This document shows positions 37,166-46,450 of a DNA stretch of 64,000 nt, in pieces; position 1 is the stretch's first letter, and each line of letters opens with the position of its first letter. Origin of the DNA: a virus (taxonomy: Duplodnaviria; Caudoviricetes). The notes under the pieces were generated by a model that worked only from the letters and a program-made list of their open reading frames with translations, made no database searches and had not been told where the DNA came from. The translations under genes were made by a program, and so were the position numbers. Where the stretch lies: the IMG/VR virus record IMGVR_UViG_3300020187_001966. One strand, 5' to 3'.

Positions 37166-38386
37166 TTATTTATTAACAATATCATTCAGCATTTCCATAA
37201 ACCTTTGCTGTTGTCCAATTTTAAATTCACCTTGAAGGTGATTCCAATTGTAAATATTTTGTTGGTGTATACGTTCTAATAATTCTGGAGTTCGAGGTAT
37301 ATTGATTAAATCCTCTAAACTATCTTTACACTTGTGTAGTCTATCAATCATATAAGGTTCATTATCATAATCTTCACTAATTAACCAATCCCAAGTTTTA
37401 AATCCCCATTCGTTTAATTGTTTGACTATACCTTGCTGACCAATCCATATACACGGCTGTTGATATACAAATGATCTAAACGTAGCCTCACTAATAAAAA
37501 GTCCGCCACTTTGTATATCTGTTTCCGTAATTACACTGGCAAAACTAGTATTATACCATGGTAAACTACTAACAGTTGTATCAGATCCAGCGCACCAATT
37601 ACTATTATGATCAGGTACATCAAGTATGCGTGGTGTATTTAATCCAATGTCTGCCAAATCATGCCAGATTTTTTTTATTTCTGATGCTGTAATATTTTTA
37701 CTAGATATGTGCTTACCATATTGATCTAAGATATATATAAATGCTCGAGCTTTATCTAAAAACCCCCAGCCATGTATTCTGTCTGCGATACTAACAAAGT
37801 TAGAATCTAACAATTGGTTACTGTGTAGTAACCAAGTCCAAAATATTCGACCTGGTTTCATATAGCGTTGTAAACAAATAAAGTTAGCATCAAAACTACG
37901 TTGTGTTATTGGTAAAAGATCCCATTGATCCTTCATTTCATGTACATGTCGTAATATATCATGTCCATAACAAGTAAACCCAAACGATCTTATTTTTTTG
38001 CTTTTCTGTCGTTGTTGTACACGTAAATCACCACTAACCCATACTACATTACTATAAGGTATTTGTGCTTGTTCACAAAATGTTTCTAATGTTAAATCAA
38101 AGTCATGACAGTGTTCAATTGGATACTCGCCTATTGGATTTGTACTTTCTTGGAATGTACTAAAAACAATACAAGCATCACCAACTTGCGCATCACGTAT
38201 TACGTTTTCTGGTATATATGGTATAATATCACCCAGTGTTGCTGGATGTGAATCTGGATCACAATTTATTTCACACCAATGAATATACACACCAGTATTA
38301 CGTTGGGGTAAGTTGTATAGTGTATCTATTAATTCTGGAACAAGAGGGCATCGCCAATCTTTGTTTCTATCAATTCGTGGTATCAT
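37166..38386 (-). CDS. Hypothetical protein (406 aa), possibly glycosyltransferase-related
   Basis: C-terminal ITET...FISEAT...QP.IWIG...GFKT..DYD pattern that I associate with uncharacterised phage proteins; fold call uncertain. Confidence 0.6.
   Translation of the reverse strand: MIPRIDRNKDWRCPLVPELIDTLYNLPQRNTGVYIHWCEINCDPDSHPATLGDIIPYIPENVIRDAQVGDACIVFSTFQESTNPIGEYPIEHCHDFDLTLETFCEQAQIPYSNVVWVSGDLRVQQRQKSKKIRSFGFTCYGHDILRHVHEMKDQWDLLPITQRSFDANFICLQRYMKPGRIFWTWLLHSNQLLDSNFVSIADRIHGWGFLDKARAFIYILDQYGKHISSKNITASEIKKIWHDLADIGLNTPRILDVPDHNSNWCAGSDTTVSSLPWYNTSFASVITETDIQSGGLFISEATFRSFVYQQPCIWIGQQGIVKQLNEWGFKTWDWLISEDYDNEPYMIDRLHKCKDSLEDLINIPRTPELLERIHQQNIYNWNHLQGEFKIGQQQRFMEMLNDIVNK
37167..37174 (-). 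promoter_or_regulatory. Late-promoter-like AATAAATA
   Basis: Overlaps the stop of 37166..38386; upstream of a GAGG RBS and ATG 37138. Confidence 0.45.
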
Positions 38387-39671
38387 CCCAATAGTTCTCC
38401 CAAATGTAGCTTAATTCTGGAAACACGGAACGAGTATCTTCTCCGTGTAGATCGTCTAAAATTTTATTATGTTTACACATTTCTCGTAAACTATCCTCAT
38501 TACATGACACACTATTCATCCATTTAATGGAAGCATGTATTGTGCTGTACACTTTACTATGTGGTTTAACATTAAGATGCTTTAAATGATCTATCCAAAT
38601 TTGTTCTACTTCCTGTTTCATATGATCTGGGAAATTTTGAACATTATAAAAGTCTGGGTTATTTAATATATTCCAGAACATATTGTGGGGCTCAACCCAT
38701 CCATTTTCTATCCATTGTCGATTAAGTTCGCACACTGTATACGCATTAAGTATTTGTATAGTTGGACTTATGCCAACTTTAACATGCGGTGTTTCACTTT
38801 TTATAAGTGCCATATGATCCTGTATATCGCTCCATACAGTATCTTTGCGTATGTTTTCTGCTCGAGTTCCGAATGTATCAATACTACCTGCGCAATATAC
38901 ATTACTAAAATGCTTCCATATGTCAACAATTTTTGTTTTCTTAAATTTCATAATACTTAGGTTAGTACTATATCTAATATGTACGTCAGTTAGTTTTAAT
39001 TCAATCAACTTATTTAAAAGTTTGTAATGCTCTTCCATAAACAATGGTTCACCACCAGCAAAATAAATCTCTTTCATATGTGGCAAATATTCCTCTAGTC
39101 TATCAAGTAGGGTATCACTGTCTTCTACCCCTTTGATGATAGCTATATTCGAATCTGTACCATAATTATAGATACCTTTTTCTTTTAGTTTTTTACTATC
39201 CCCAAACCATTTACTACTACTAAAATGTCCACACATCTTGCATCGCATATTACAAATATTGCTAAATCTTATATCTAAATATACTGGCTTTGCGTTTGGT
39301 GATGTTCCATCCTCTTGTGTAGTTATAACCATGTCTTTTGCTGTCTCATGAAACTTGGCAATTGCATCATGTCGCAAACTAAACCCACTTTGTTGTTCTT
39401 TAACATAGCACGTTCTACAATGCGGTACCTTTTTATCTTGAATTAGTGCTTTTCTTAACTTTTTAAATTCTGGGCCTGCCCATATATCATCAAAACTTTG
39501 CTTATTAATGTTTCCCATTGGGCGTTCCCAATCGCCGATACAACATGGTAATACTTTGCCATCTGCAGCAACATGTAAATGATTCCATAACAATGGGCAA
39601 TAGCTGTCTGTTTTTTCAATTATATCGCTAGCAGACGCATTGTTTTGTATTAAGTCTATAATCTTATTCAT
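38370..39671 (-). CDS. Radical SAM protein with N-terminal twitch domain (likely start ATG 39671)
   Basis: YCPLLW...LPCC...CRTC; CNMRCKMC; AGGEP; YSTN; SIDT. Confidence 0.93.
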   Translation of the reverse strand: MNKIIDLIQNNASASDIIEKTDSYCPLLWNHLHVAADGKVLPCCIGDWERPMGNINKQSFDDIWAGPEFKKLRKALIQDKKVPHCRTCYVKEQQSGFSLRHDAIAKFHETAKDMVITTQEDGTSPNAKPVYLDIRFSNICNMRCKMCGHFSSSKWFGDSKKLKEKGIYNYGTDSNIAIIKGVEDSDTLLDRLEEYLPHMKEIYFAGGEPLFMEEHYKLLNKLIELKLTDVHIRYSTNLSIMKFKKTKIVDIWKHFSNVYCAGSIDTFGTRAENIRKDTVWSDIQDHMALIKSETPHVKVGISPTIQILNAYTVCELNRQWIENGWVEPHNMFWNILNNPDFYNVQNFPDHMKQEVEQIWIDHLKHLNVKPHSKVYSTIHASIKWMNSVSCNEDSLREMCKHNKILDDLHGEDTRSVFPELSYIWENYWDDTTN

Positions 39672-41133
39672 AACATTTCCTATAATATTCTTCAAGTTCA
39701 GGAAACACGTCTACAAATTTCGTGTTTCGCCTGGCATCTATTGTGTCAATAAATTTTCTAAAGTTGGCCCGGTGTACTTTATTATCTTCATCTGAGCTAT
39801 AGTAACAAGAATCGACAACTCTTCCCATCTTCTCTGCTTCGTAATCATAAAACGCTCGGTTGTCTTGACCTGACGTAAGATTTTCCATCATAAAATTATA
39901 TTGGTCCCAGGCATATGGCATAACTAATTCCTTTGGGGGAGTTGCTAAACTTAAAAACGGAGGAAACGTGATAGGGCTAATATCCACGTGAACAGCACAC
40001 GGCTTATCGCCTCGTACAAAATTGTCTATTAAATTATTTTTCAAGAAAAACTCTGAGTACTGTGTGAATCTACCGTTATATCTGTTTTTAGATTTTTTAA
40101 CTTCTAATATTTTTTCTAGGAACTGACCATAGCTAGGTACACTTAATACACTATACGCTGACATTATTGTATTGTCAACTGTTGGATGTGTTTCTATTAG
40201 ATACATTAACCTATCCCACAACATATTAAAGTCTAGTCCACTACGAATGTATTCTGCTTGTTCGCCCCAACCGTCTAAACTAGTGTATAGTGTAATTTTC
40301 TTTACTAGGTTCTCTTGCTCATTCTTCTTGATAAATTCAATCAGTTTTTGCCATGCTTGCTCTGGAGCGTTTAAGTTAGTGTTAATACCTAGCTCAAGAT
40401 CTGGCATTGGGTGTTTTTCAATTTCATTTAGCAGTTTAAAAGTGTCTTTACTCATTAGCGGTTCACCGCCAGTAACTCTAAGAGTTTTTAAAGTTGTCCT
40501 GAGATCAGGCCACCATTTCCAAAATGCTTCAACATATGGATTATTTTGGTTGTGTGGTATTGGCAATTCGTTTATTGACTCTAAATATCCTAGACTATGG
40601 TAGTCCCAAGTAGGTTCTTTAGATTGAGCGTCAGTAAGCATAATAGATTCATTTTGTTGTTGTTCCTGTTGCCATTTACTGCTAAAGTGTGGACCACAGT
40701 ATGTACATTTTAAATTACATGCGTTACTAAAACTAACTTCTACGTATTGTGGAGTATGGTCATCTCCTGTACCGCTTTGTACAATTGTATCAAAACGATC
40801 TTCAAACAAGTTAGCACTTTTTAAATATCGATCGCTAACTGCTTCTTTATTACTATCTTCCATTTTATAACAAAAGTTACATGGGCTAGGACGTTCACCA
40901 TTTAACATAGCCTTACGTTGAGCTATTTTTTCACGACTATTATGAATTGCTTTATAATTTTGTGATATTTCTTCTAATGAAATTTTATGAGGCGCTGGAT
41001 GGTGACAACTGTGTGTCATACCGTTATGCAAATGCATAGTTACTTGATCCCATTTAGCTAAACAAAATCCACTTCCAACCTTGTTTAACTTGTCCTTCAT
41101 ATCTAATGCTCGTTGTAATTCATTTTCATTCAT
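39664..41133 (-). CDS. Radical SAM protein with variant N-terminal twitch domain
   Basis: FCLAKW...HSCHHP...CNFC; CNLKCTYC; TGGEP; NTN; SLDG. Confidence 0.9.
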   Translation of the reverse strand: MNENELQRALDMKDKLNKVGSGFCLAKWDQVTMHLHNGMTHSCHHPAPHKISLEEISQNYKAIHNSREKIAQRKAMLNGERPSPCNFCYKMEDSNKEAVSDRYLKSANLFEDRFDTIVQSGTGDDHTPQYVEVSFSNACNLKCTYCGPHFSSKWQQEQQQNESIMLTDAQSKEPTWDYHSLGYLESINELPIPHNQNNPYVEAFWKWWPDLRTTLKTLRVTGGEPLMSKDTFKLLNEIEKHPMPDLELGINTNLNAPEQAWQKLIEFIKKNEQENLVKKITLYTSLDGWGEQAEYIRSGLDFNMLWDRLMYLIETHPTVDNTIMSAYSVLSVPSYGQFLEKILEVKKSKNRYNGRFTQYSEFFLKNNLIDNFVRGDKPCAVHVDISPITFPPFLSLATPPKELVMPYAWDQYNFMMENLTSGQDNRAFYDYEAEKMGRVVDSCYYSSDEDNKVHRANFRKFIDTIDARRNTKFVDVFPELEEYYRKCYE

Positions 41134-42341
41134 TGTTGTAAGGCTTTCTGCCGCATAGACGAAAGGTTACCGAGACTAACATTTGGTCTATCAAAAATAG
41201 GATCTTTAAGATGATCTAAAAATGTTTGATGATCTGGATGCATGTCTTTCCAAATACATTTTTCATTATACTCTTCAGGGTTCCACGTTCCCCAATCACT
41301 AACCATGCTAAAACAAATTTGATGATGGTTCGGATACATTTCTGTCACTAATTCAATATACTGTTTCATTTCTTTATAGTTGTCATATTGTACAACAAAA
41401 TCATATATAATCCTAAAGTTTGGAAACTCTGCTCTTTTTCCATCTAAAAAAGTACAGTTACTAAGTAGAAGATCCCAGTCGCCATTTAACCGAGTTTTAT
41501 TTTCATACGTGTCTTTAGTGGCTGCATCAAAACTAATTCTACAGTCAGTTAAATTATTATGTATATTACTAATACGATTCCATAATTTAGGAGTATACAT
41601 AACACCATTTGTTTGCATAGAGATAGATAAGTTTGGAAAATCTTTGCCGTTTAAATTGTAAAGCATATCCCTATAAATCTTACTAGCCCATGGATCACCA
41701 CTACCAGTTACAAATATGCCAAAGTGTCTATCTGTAGGAGTAGTTAAAAACATCTCAACCATTTTATCATTGATTGCTTTTCTTTTTTCATACAGTGGTC
41801 CACTAGTGTATAGTAATTTAGTAGTTCTACAGCTTGGACATTTTAAATTACAACTTTCATCATTACTAAAATTAATATACGTTGGCATTGCTGTACTTTT
41901 TAAGTCTTTTGTTTTAAGAGCAACTAATTCATGCTGATGTACTGTATGTTTTTCATCTAGAATATCTTGAATGTTTGGTAGATTGTTACTTTGTATTACA
42001 GGACAAAAACTAGCTTGACAATAGTTCCATTCGCCGTTAAATATTTGCTTACGTAACTCTTGAGCTCTAGGCCCATTCCATATTTCTTCTAAAGTATCTT
42101 CTAATACATTACCAATTGGATAAGGTAACCAACTTGGACAACACATCCAGCATCTACCATGCATATCTACTTCTAGCCATGTATATAGTTTATTACAGTA
42201 TTTTCCTTTTAGATTATGTTTGCCATAATCTAAACCTTGAGTATCTTTAATCCACACATTTCCAAATAGTGGATGATGCATATGTCCAGACGCTTTAGAC
42301 GACCATGGTTGATGATGTGGTGATGTCATTTTTTGTTCCAA
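41130..42341 (-). CDS. Radical SAM protein with variant N-terminal Fe-S domain (alternative start ATG 42329)
   Basis: YC...CWMCCP...CQASFCP; CNLKCPSC; GSGDP; QTNG; SFDA. Confidence 0.88.
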   Translation of the reverse strand: MEQKMTSPHHQPWSSKASGHMHHPLFGNVWIKDTQGLDYGKHNLKGKYCNKLYTWLEVDMHGRCWMCCPSWLPYPIGNVLEDTLEEIWNGPRAQELRKQIFNGEWNYCQASFCPVIQSNNLPNIQDILDEKHTVHQHELVALKTKDLKSTAMPTYINFSNDESCNLKCPSCRTTKLLYTSGPLYEKRKAINDKMVEMFLTTPTDRHFGIFVTGSGDPWASKIYRDMLYNLNGKDFPNLSISMQTNGVMYTPKLWNRISNIHNNLTDCRISFDAATKDTYENKTRLNGDWDLLLSNCTFLDGKRAEFPNFRIIYDFVVQYDNYKEMKQYIELVTEMYPNHHQICFSMVSDWGTWNPEEYNEKCIWKDMHPDHQTFLDHLKDPIFDRPNVSLGNLSSMRQKALQQ

Positions 42342-42344
42342 ATA

Positions 42345-43325
42345 TTATTCTATAGTATCTTGTACTTGATCTTCACGTACTTGTGGTCCTAGTCTACTAG
42401 GATTGCGATATACTGTTTTCCAAAAACGTGATCCTGGTACACCAATGTCTGCTAGTTCAAGATCAAGTGTGCTACGTAACTGATCACCTAGCTCAACTGT
42501 TTTTGCTTTTAGTTTATCCATATCCCAACTATAGCCAGTACGTGGACATAGCTCATCACCGTCAGCAAACTGTGGTGCTAGTTCATCTTCAAAGTATTTT
42601 GTTAACCAATCAAAGTCACGTACATTTTTCCAATCCCATTCTTTTCTAGTAACATTAGTCATGTATGCGCCTAGTCTAGCACCATATATTGCCCAAAGTC
42701 CGTTGGTAGTATCCTCACCAACAGTCATCCATACCATAAGACGTCTATAATTTTCTCTATGAATACGTTTTATTGCGCTAGGATCAACAACGTCACCATT
42801 TTCTAATCCCATCTTAACACCTTCACGAAAGCCAGCACGCCATGCTTGTAGTGGAGATCCATTATTGTGTACCCAACTATACCAGTTATTCATTTGGATG
42901 TATTGAATGTTCCAACAAAAGTCTACTTGCGCTCTTTTGTCTGTGGCAGGTGCCGCTTCATGTGTACGCATACGATTAACAACGTCAACTGGCCACATTT
43001 TAATACCACCGTTGCCGTACACTAATCCGTTAATTTTATTTTTAGCAGCAAAACTAATAACATGTTTCTCTCCAATTTTATCCATGTCTAACTCGACATT
43101 GAAAAAATCTTCAGTAACAATATTATCAGCATCTACTGTAATAAAACGTTCTGTTTCGCTCATTGCGGCGGCGGCTTTGTGTGCGGCATCACTACCCCAC
43201 ACACCATGGCTTCGTTTGGCCCATGGACATTTGTCTAACAGGTCTGCATAGTTTTCATCAGCATTTGGTTCGTCGTAGCTAATGTAAACTATGTCAAAAT
43301 CGTTAATACTTACCAGGTTTGACAT
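42345..43325 (-). CDS. GT-A-like glycosyltransferase
   Basis: ISYDEPNADENY...AHKAAA...VDADN (DxD); GNGG; AWRAGFREG; paralogue of 21042..21752. Confidence 0.68.
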   Translation of the reverse strand: MSNLVSINDFDIVYISYDEPNADENYADLLDKCPWAKRSHGVWGSDAAHKAAAAMSETERFITVDADNIVTEDFFNVELDMDKIGEKHVISFAAKNKINGLVYGNGGIKMWPVDVVNRMRTHEAAPATDKRAQVDFCWNIQYIQMNNWYSWVHNNGSPLQAWRAGFREGVKMGLENGDVVDPSAIKRIHRENYRRLMVWMTVGEDTTNGLWAIYGARLGAYMTNVTRKEWDWKNVRDFDWLTKYFEDELAPQFADGDELCPRTGYSWDMDKLKAKTVELGDQLRSTLDLELADIGVPGSRFWKTVYRNPSRLGPQVREDQVQDTIE

Positions 43326-44307
43326 ATTCTAATTCCTCATATTTGAATGACACATTTTTTCCTTCTTCACCAATTAGTAACTTGGACGTTAAGAGTTCAG
43401 CATCTGTGTGTATATTAAACTCTTTGTACTCGCCCATTTCACTAAATGGTATTACGATACTTTCTTTTAAATCAAAAGGCGTATCTCCAGTAATATAAAT
43501 TTTCATATCGCTGTAGATTTTTGCCTCATGTGGGTCTTTAAAATTACTTTTAAATATCCAACCATTAGTACTATTGCTGATAGTAAATGTTGCTTCATCA
43601 TCAGTACTATAAATTTCTTTGTGATTTCGTCGGCTATTCTTTCTTTTAATATACTCTACTGTAGTATACTTAGTCTTAGTTTTTAACCCATAACTTTTAA
43701 AAATTCTACGAGTTAGTATATCAATATTGTTCAATCCAATAACGTTTGTGTATTCACTAAGATCATAAAGCATATATCCTTTGTTGATAAGATCAATAGG
43801 ATCAAGTTTAATAGTATGTATAAGGCGTAACGGGTTATTCTTTTCAGTGATGTAAAAGTATAGTACACTGTTATTTGTGTTTAGCGCCTTACTAAATTTT
43901 TGATTGAATCTTTTGCCTGTCATACGATATAGTGTATCACCACTAATGTTAATTTCTAACTTCATACTTTCAATATAGCGTATAATGTTAATTTCCATAT
44001 CAACTGATAAAGATGTTTCAGCAATTTTACTAAGCTGGTCTTCATGACTTTTTATCACTAATGCTTCAGATTTAGACATAATAAAAGTACCATTACTAGT
44101 ATCATTTACTACATATTTCTTTGGATTTAAATGTCCAATAAGAATTTCTGCAGCGGTGTTATCCTCTGTTAGTAAGTATGGATTCTTCGATTCCCTGTAC
44201 TTGCTTGATACATTTATGATCTCTCCAGACCATTCATCGTAATAAACATAGTACTTAGGAAGCGGTTTTTCTCCGACTACTGATATCAATATTGGTTCTG
44301 TATTCAT
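43303..44307 (-). CDS. Hypothetical protein (334 aa)
   Basis: Long ORF within the gene tiling; no motif recognised. Confidence 0.75.
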   Translation of the reverse strand: MNTEPILISVVGEKPLPKYYVYYDEWSGEIINVSSKYRESKNPYLLTEDNTAAEILIGHLNPKKYVVNDTSNGTFIMSKSEALVIKSHEDQLSKIAETSLSVDMEINIIRYIESMKLEINISGDTLYRMTGKRFNQKFSKALNTNNSVLYFYITEKNNPLRLIHTIKLDPIDLINKGYMLYDLSEYTNVIGLNNIDILTRRIFKSYGLKTKTKYTTVEYIKRKNSRRNHKEIYSTDDEATFTISNSTNGWIFKSNFKDPHEAKIYSDMKIYITGDTPFDLKESIVIPFSEMGEYKEFNIHTDAELLTSKLLIGEEGKNVSFKYEELEYVKPGKY

Positions 44308-45130
44308 TAATTATTTCTTCTGTGATAAAATTTTCGTCTCTGTAGTGTACTATTCCTGATGAAATAATACTATTTTCAATTATTAGTCGGTTGTTTTCTG
44401 GAAACCAATAATTAAGTATGACAGTCCAATTGTCTGGAATGTCGTTGTTCCATAGGTGTTGACTGTGAGCGTGTAAATCATATAGATTGTTAAGCGACAT
44501 ACTAACTTCATGTTTAACATCAAGTAAGTGAGTAACAATATTACACAACACATTTTTGTTAAACGATTGTGGTTTTTTATCGTTCATTAGTTGTGTATAA
44601 ACATCACGCCAGTTTTGAAACACTGGATCTGCCATCTTAAACCATTCGATTGCTAATTTGCTATCTTTCTTAAAGTAGATAAAATTACTGTAAAGTGTGG
44701 GAAATTTATAATGATTCTCAAACTCAAAAAGTTGTCTTCTATTCAACGGTTGATTTCTAAATGATCTTGATATATTAGGCATAGCAATATCATAGACTTC
44801 AAGATTTTCCCATAGTTGATTAATATCTGTGTTTAAGAATAATGTATCATAATCTACGTAAATTGTTTCGTCATATGGTGTTGCTTCTCGTAGTTGCCAA
44901 ATATTTGATCCGTGGAACCCGTCTTTGTATGCTGTATTACCAAATGGTAACTCAATAATGTAATCAAATACGTTTTCATATCCACTGATTAAATCTTTTT
45001 CTATGTCGGCAACAATCAAACAAATACTTGCTTCTGGATCACATGTTTTAATACTTAACGCAGTGGTGTACGCATATTTAATTTGATCTTGATCAGTATC
45101 AATACCAAGTAGTAGAAATCCTTTACTCAT
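44255..45130 (-). CDS. GT8-like glycosyltransferase
   Basis: Y..A..LSIK, ATPYDETIYVDYDTLF (DxD), SNFIYFKK. Confidence 0.7.
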   Translation of the reverse strand: MSKGFLLLGIDTDQDQIKYAYTTALSIKTCDPEASICLIVADIEKDLISGYENVFDYIIELPFGNTAYKDGFHGSNIWQLREATPYDETIYVDYDTLFLNTDINQLWENLEVYDIAMPNISRSFRNQPLNRRQLFEFENHYKFPTLYSNFIYFKKDSKLAIEWFKMADPVFQNWRDVYTQLMNDKKPQSFNKNVLCNIVTHLLDVKHEVSMSLNNLYDLHAHSQHLWNNDIPDNWTVILNYWFPENNRLIIENSIISSGIVHYRDENFITEEIINEYRTNIDISSRRKTAS

Positions 45131-46038
45131 TGATATTCTCCATCAGTCAGTTTACTAATAATAGTATTAGTGTGTCTAGCTATCGACATCTTGTTCATCA
45201 AGTGTAAGTTGGTATCAGTTTGTCGAGTTAAAATATTCTTCCAGGCTTCATTTCTGTTATGACTTAACATAACGTAGTCATTAACATCTTTAACTTCAAT
45301 GATATCGTCTTTTTGGTCCATGTTAATTAATGGCATGCCACCAAAATCATTCATAAAGTTATTTTCATTAAAGCCATTCATCACATGGTTTGCTATACTC
45401 ACGCAAAAGTCTGTTCTAAATAGACCTGGTGGGAATTGGTATAGTAAGTGATAATAATCCCAGTTGTCTTTAACATGTTCCCATGTATCAAAAAATATGC
45501 GGCTCTCTTCACTTTGGTCAAAGTATACTACTGTACTCCACCAGTGATGAATTCCTGCTTCATTAAGTGTTTGTTCATTTAGGTATGGTGGTTGATGCTC
45601 CATATAACGAGCATATTTGTGCATTGCTATTGGCACGTCAGTTTCAAAGATATGATCATAAAAGTCGTTCATTATAAAGTAATCAGTATCAATTAGCATT
45701 GTTTTTTCAAACGGTGTTAAATTAATAACATTATGCTTGTTACTATTACTAAACTGTGTGCTAAACTCTGTCCACGGACTATCAAAATGTCTACGTGGGT
45801 TTGATTGGTGTTCTACATCTTGTATCACAACATGGTCAAAACAACTCTCGTGAAACTCTACAGGTATAGAATCTTTAAGATACCCATACGACCCATTATC
45901 AGTGATGAGACAAGTTTTGTTATTTTTCATATTACGCTTTACATATGCGGCTGCAATATGCGCAAACTTAATATAATCCATCTTTTCGTTGTTGTATGCG
46001 AACATACAAATACCAGATTCTTCTTTATTTTCTGTCAT
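45127..46038 (-). CDS. GT8-like glycosyltransferase
   Basis: LTPFEKTMLIDTDY (DxD), WSTVVYFD, RTDF, HLMNK; paralogue of 44255..45130. Confidence 0.72.
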   Translation of the reverse strand: MTENKEESGICMFAYNNEKMDYIKFAHIAAAYVKRNMKNNKTCLITDNGSYGYLKDSIPVEFHESCFDHVVIQDVEHQSNPRRHFDSPWTEFSTQFSNSNKHNVINLTPFEKTMLIDTDYFIMNDFYDHIFETDVPIAMHKYARYMEHQPPYLNEQTLNEAGIHHWWSTVVYFDQSEESRIFFDTWEHVKDNWDYYHLLYQFPPGLFRTDFCVSIANHVMNGFNENNFMNDFGGMPLINMDQKDDIIEVKDVNDYVMLSHNRNEAWKNILTRQTDTNLHLMNKMSIARHTNTIISKLTDGEYQ

Positions 46039-46385
46039 TACCAGTCCATAATTTTCTTAATATTTCTAGACTTCTTAAGTTTATCCATTTGTACTTTGTA
46101 CTCGTTAACACCTTCAGTATACGCACCAACTAACAGATCTAAAAAGTCTGATAGGTTAGCGATTTCAATTGGGTTTTCTTTAGTGTCTAGTATAACACTA
46201 CTAGTTTTCCCTACTGAAATAAGGGCTTGTACAAAGCTAATTGTTTGTGGATTTGCTGTAAATGAACCACTATTATGATGAACTAGCTGTAATGTTTGCA
46301 TACGTGCGATTACATTTTTCTTTTGATTACTAAGTGTTGTGCGGTAATTACCGAACTCCAGCGCCTTTTCAAGCCTATCATCCAT
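46038..46385 (-). CDS. Hypothetical protein (115 aa)
   Basis: AGGAG RBS; first gene after the promoter at 46413..46440. Confidence 0.8.
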   Translation of the reverse strand: MDDRLEKALEFGNYRTTLSNQKKNVIARMQTLQLVHHNSGSFTANPQTISFVQALISVGKTSSVILDTKENPIEIANLSDFLDLLVGAYTEGVNEYKVQMDKLKKSRNIKKIMDW

Positions 46386-46412
46386 ATGATGTTCTCCTAT
46401 AAGTTAACTACT

Positions 46413-46440
46413 ATTATAATTATTTATGAGGGAATGTCAA
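46413..46440 (-). promoter_or_regulatory. Sigma70 consensus promoter TTGACA-16-TATAAT with embedded CATAAATA
   Basis: -35 at 46440..46435, -10 at 46418..46413, late-like box at 46428..46421, all in the 65-nt intergenic gap. Confidence 0.8.
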
Positions 46441-46450
46441 GTGTTTATTT

